The notes under the pieces: model-generated
The model's input: only the letters and a program-made list of their open reading frames with translations
Told to the model about the DNA's origin: nothing
Database searches by the model: none
Translations under genes and position numbers: made by a program
In this document: one piece after another, positions 59,260 through 64,000 of the stretch
Numbering within the stretch: the stretch's first letter is position 1
Layout: every line of letters begins with the position of its first letter
Source: Sphyrna mokarran
Lineage: Eukaryota
Assembly: GCA_024679065.1 (NCBI GenBank)
Contig: JAGIQG010000003.1
Location: forward strand, 88,226,001 to 88,290,000
Direction of reading: 5' to 3'
Length of the DNA: 64,000 bases

Positions 59260-61660
59260 CAGGGGTGGCTGGAAGTCACCATGCCGCCAAATAATTAAGC
59301 TCACTCATGGAGCCAATGAAAAGGCCTCCCTAGGCTAGTTTCGATCTGCAGGCACAATAGACAGTGACTGAAATACATCAGGATTAATCTGGCATGCATA
59401 CAGTGCAGAGGTATCAGGTGGTAAAAGCAGCATTGGGAAACTCATAAAAAAAATCAATGTTCAGCTGCTCAAATTCTGGCAAAAAGTTGCTATCTTAGGT
59501 GTTGAGAGGCTTGTATTTCTCAACAGTGGGAGTTGGCAGTCTTCATAGGGGTATCAGGGGTATATTGACTTCAGCTGAGCCGTAGAGGTTAGCAGGGGAA
59601 AGCCCCTGATGCAGAAAACCATTGGCACTGCCATTGCTCCACTTCACAAACCCCAACACTTCCAGAAATCCATGATACTATCCCACCCACACTCATCCTG
59701 GATACGCCTTTTCCTTCTTAATCTTCTTCCCAATCCCCACAATCCTTGAAAACACATAGACAGCCAAGCAATGCAATCAGTGAAAACAGAAGCAGAGAAA
59801 ACATCACTAAGATGACTTGTCTAGTGCAGTTCATCACGTGGTGCCTTGCACTCATGCTCACTGCTATGAAAAGTTCCCACTGTGTTGCATCTGGTTGGGT
59901 TACTCATGACTCCTGCCCTGGTCTTAGAGGTGCCTGCATAGGTTCCTCCACAGGCTGCTGCACCCATCTCATTATAAGGCAGCTTCTGTCGCAAGGCATT
60001 GTGACAGAACTGGCTCACACATTCAAATCCTTAGCCGCGCATAGCATGGACCCCTCGATTATCCAGCCAAGTGTCCGCAATACACTTGCGATTTCATCTG
60101 CCTCTGGGCATCCAGAAAGAATATTTTTATTTGTGTTACATGGGACCCAGCATCTTTGCCCTCCTCCTGTTCACAAGTGAGTTAAAGCCACTCAGTGATC
60201 CCTGCTGTAATCTAGATTTCAGCCTCACCAATGTAAGTGTTTCTGTACTGGTGGTTGGTGAGGAAATATGATGTGACAGTCCTGTCCTAGCTCTGCATGA
60301 GGAGACTGATGACATTGGCATTCGCTCCTTTGCACAACCCAGTTGCAGGCTCTATAGGGTGAACAGAAAGAAGAAAGTGATGATGAGAACTCGGTGCTTC
60401 GGCACAACCAAGTCTATCGGGTCATCAAGCCACAGCACACACTGGACAGGAGCCTCTCCGTGCTTTTCACCTGAGAATACAGTTCTCAAATGACATTGTT
60501 TTCTTGGCTTTCAGCTTCACTATCACCAATGGCCTGCCACAATAACAGCATGTGATACCCAGAACTGCCTACTCCGTGGTGATGAGTTGGTGAAGATCCA
60601 GTAGAATGCTGTGGCTCCTGACTCAGTCTTTTCCCAAGTATTGCGCTTCTCCTCAGGATAAGGGGACAGCTATACACGAGCAGGCTGCCTTCCTTCATAG
60701 CAGCATTAAGCCAATGGCTTTGCTCACTCATAGCCCACATGAGAATGACTGGCATCTCAGTAAGGCAATTGAGCACTTGCTCTGATGATGTAAGGGAGCA
60801 GTAAGCACACTCAGTCTGCTGAACCCTTGTGTCTTAGAACCTTTAAAGTGCAGAAAAAGGCCTTTCAGCCCAATGAGCATTCACGGATAATAATCCTACC
60901 TATACTTATACCCTTAAACATACATATTTACCTGCCCTGACATTAAGGGGCAATTTAGCATGGTCACTCAACCTAACCCGCACATCTTTGGACTGAGGGA
61001 GGAAACCAGAACACCCAGAGGAAACCTACGCAGACATAGGGACAAACTACAAACTCCATAGACAGTTACCCATGGCAGGAGTTCAATCCAGGCCTCTGGT
61101 GCTGTGAGACAGCAGTGCTAACGACTGTGTTACCGTGCCATAGGTACTGCTGCGTACAGAGTTAGAGACCTTGGTGATATTTACTGCTCACCTTCCCAGA
61201 CTTATGAAATCATTGAAGCCTTTGTGGAATGGGCCCACATTCTCCCAGTTCTCTCGCAGCTTCTCATCTTCTCTGCTAACTCTAACCCTGTCCTTGGTTC
61301 CCTAGTAGCAGGGGAGATTCCAACTGGAATAGGAAGAAAATCTACTATCTCTCAGCCACAGCCTTGGTGCAGACTTCCAAGGAAGTGTCCAAAAATCTGC
61401 CAGGCCTTGGTAGCACCAGCCCAATCTCATACCTGCTGCTGGATGACCATCTCCACATTAAATGGCAAGCTTAATCGTGGCTGCCACCCTCCTTTTCAAA
61501 GAGCCTGCAGTGACCGTGTCACGTCTCCAAGAAGTTTTGGCATCACCGATTGAGTGCCGAGCCTATGCTCAGGCCAATCAAGTCATATTCATATGAAAAT
61601 AGCCTTGTGACAGTGATGCTGACCCATCATTGAACTGGAGTTCATTCTAGACAGGTCAAG
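59260..61660 (-). mobile_element. decayed Harbinger-like element interior (low resolution), interrupted by an HE1 SINE
   Basis: GC-elevated, stop-ridden pseudo-coding sequence similar in style to 30038-31833. No decisive motif. Confidence 0.35.
60835..61140 (-). mobile_element. HE1-type V-SINE
   Basis: ggggcaatttagcatggtc...cctaacccgcacatctttggactgagggaggaaaccagaacacccagaggaaacc...cagcagtgctaacgactgtgttaccgtgcc. Confidence 0.9.
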
Positions 61661-62754
61661 ATGCCAGCTCAACTGCAGAACACCAAACTACTCATTGTGT
61701 AGTTGCCAACAGCATGAAACTATGGAATTCCAAACCCTCAACACTTATTACTCATTTGATTCAAACAAATGGTTGAAACGAATTGCAAGGAGCAAGTAAT
61801 GTGGATCATTGTAGCTTTGATGCTAAAGGAGGTAAGACAAGATTGTGAGGTCATCCATTACGTTACTTGCCTAGCAATAAATTGATGGCCTATCTATTCA
61901 TATTTAAGATTGTAGCAAGAATAATGTTGGTCATTGAAAAATACAAAGATAGAATTGGCACTGCTTGCAATGAAACAGTACACTTGAGTGAAAACCCATT
62001 CAATATCAAACCGACATATTACTGCCTGAAATCCTGCTAACAACGCAGGCACTCAGTCCATTCTATATTCTCCTCAGCAGCAGCTAACATCTGTTTTCTC
62101 CATAAATATTCCAAAGTAACAGATGATGTTCAGGAGGCGGAAACGCTCCTATTTTGACATCTTATTCAACAACTGCAAATGTAATTAACCTCCAAATGCT
62201 GCATGTTCTTATTCAATTATTACCATCATTATGATTAATAAATATGCTGCTTGAGGTTTGCTTGCATTTAGATTGTCTTTTAAGATGCCGTAACAACTGT
62301 CACATACATTAGCGAGGATGATCCATATACAGATAGTGGAAAATTATCCTTGCTTTATGGAAAACAACGCAAGATAGAGTAATTTGACAACTGCTGTTGA
62401 ACTAGTGACAGGGCTACTGGGGTGGGGAGTGGGGTGCATGGTGAAAGGCTGGGGAAAGGATACTTTGAGAATTTCTTGTATTGCAAACAATTGGCCAAAT
62501 TCTCTGCCATCATTACAGGTCAGGAAGCAAACATCTTCTTCAGCTCAAATGACTTTGTAACTTGCCGCTAGAAGTTGCAGCTTTCAGGGTCTCTGTGTTA
62601 ATGTGTTCACCATATATCATTCTCAACTCTTCACTTTGAGAGTATTTTCAGATATATCCACAGGCAATGGAGAAAGGACAGGTTGAAGGATAGGTTTAGT
62701 GGAAATATTTTTTTATCCGGATAATGATCAACAGCTGGAATTGCTAACCAGAAT

Positions 62755-63445
62755 AGCAACTTCAGCAGGCAATAGGGAAGGCAAATGGAATGCTTATCTT
62801 CATTTCGAAGGGAATTGAGTACAGAAACAGAGAAATCTTGCTAAAATATACAAGGCATTCGTTAAACCACACCAGCAATACTGTGAACAGCTTTATCTAA
62901 AGAGAGATATACTGGCATAAGAGGCTGTCCAGAGAAGGTTCACCAGGTTGATCCATGTATGGAGGGATTTTCTAATGAGAAAAGGTTGAGTAGGTTGGGC
63001 CTGTACTCATTTGAGTTCAGACGAATGAGAGACTTTATTGAGACATATAGGATTCTCAAGGTAGATGCTGAGAGATGTTTCCTCTTGTTGTGCCTCGGGC
63101 CAGGGGGCATAATCTCAGAGTAGAGGCTGTCTATTTCAGACAGAGGTGAGTGTAGTGAACCTGTGGAATTCTTTACTGCCAAGGACTGTAGAGGTTGATC
63201 CATTAGGTATGTTCAAGGCTGAGGTTAGAATTACAGGGAATGTGTAGACAGTCTCTTGGTGCAGTGGGTAACATCTCTGTTTCTGCATCAGATTTTTAAT
63301 CAGTCAGGCATCAAGCAACATGGGAGTAAGGTGGGAAAGTGGAGTTGAAGGTTATCATATTCTTTCAGTCATGATCCCCTTTAAATGTCAGAGCAGACAT
63401 GATGGGTCAAATGGCTCCTGTTCTTACATGTTATGGTCTTATGGA
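62755..63445 (+). mobile_element. CR1-like LINE 3' fragment
   Basis: Motifs KANGMLIFISKGIEYRNREILLKY, VQRRFTRLI and RLSRLGLYSFEFRRMRD. Tail gatgggtcaaatggctcctgttcttacatgttatggtcttatgg. Confidence 0.88.
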
Positions 63446-64000
63446 TAGATGATTGAAGCCAAGAAATTCTAAGGTGATGGAAGATGGAAACATATTGAGT
63501 AGATTAGTGTATTCTTATGATATTCTCTACTCTTCTAAATCTGAACTCTCACCAAATTAAGAACATCAAATCTAATACAGAGCACTTCACTGTGACTGTT
63601 GTGAAACAAGATTTCTTTTTACAACATATTTTAATGTTACCTACATTCATAAAGTAATTTAAGAATCAAGATTTTCCATATCTATAAAATGGAAAAATTG
63701 CATTTGAATGCTTATGTTGTCTGAAATCCCTCTCTCCACAAGTTGAACCCAAATATTTAGCCAAATATCTCCATCAAGATATCCTTGATATGAATTCTTA
63801 ATAATTTATATTGGAGAGAATGAACATTCTACACAGTTTCCAAGACTGTGTAGAACAAAAATGGTTTTATTCAACATGCAGAACTCAGAGCTGTAATTCC
63901 AGCTTGTTTCTGAGCTACTCTGCTAATCATCGATTCTTATCTTTCTTATACTCTTTTCTTTATGCTACAAAGCATTACATTTATATTAGCTTATCATGCT

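Overview
This is eukaryotic, AT-rich, repeat-dense DNA, almost certainly from a shark (elasmobranch) genome. The call rests on recognisable HE1-type V-SINEs, CR1/HER1-like, L2-like and Rex1-like LINE fragments, Deu-domain SINEs, Gypsy/LTR remnants, Penelope-like fold-back elements and many PIF/Harbinger-like MITEs. No intact long CDS, rRNA, tRNA gene or CRISPR array is present, and nearly all ORFs in the supplied track are spurious or decayed transposon coding sequence. The window looks intronic or intergenic. The best gene signal is one 157-nt plus-strand exon candidate (16115-16271) encoding a ribonuclease-inhibitor-type LRR. Weaker signals are a tandemly duplicated 51-nt exon-like unit (5921/6473), a PDZ-like ORF end (20857-21046) and a phase-compatible chain of minus-strand exon candidates (49827 to 46211). 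The most interesting non-coding signals are TSD-flanked Penelope-derived hairpin elements carrying minimal hammerhead ribozyme motifs, an HE1 SINE variant whose CR1 tail appears replaced by a Rex1-like tail, and a MITE family with 3-bp TSDs. I found no convincing novel multi-gene system. All family assignments are by eye without database searches, and repeat boundaries are approximate.
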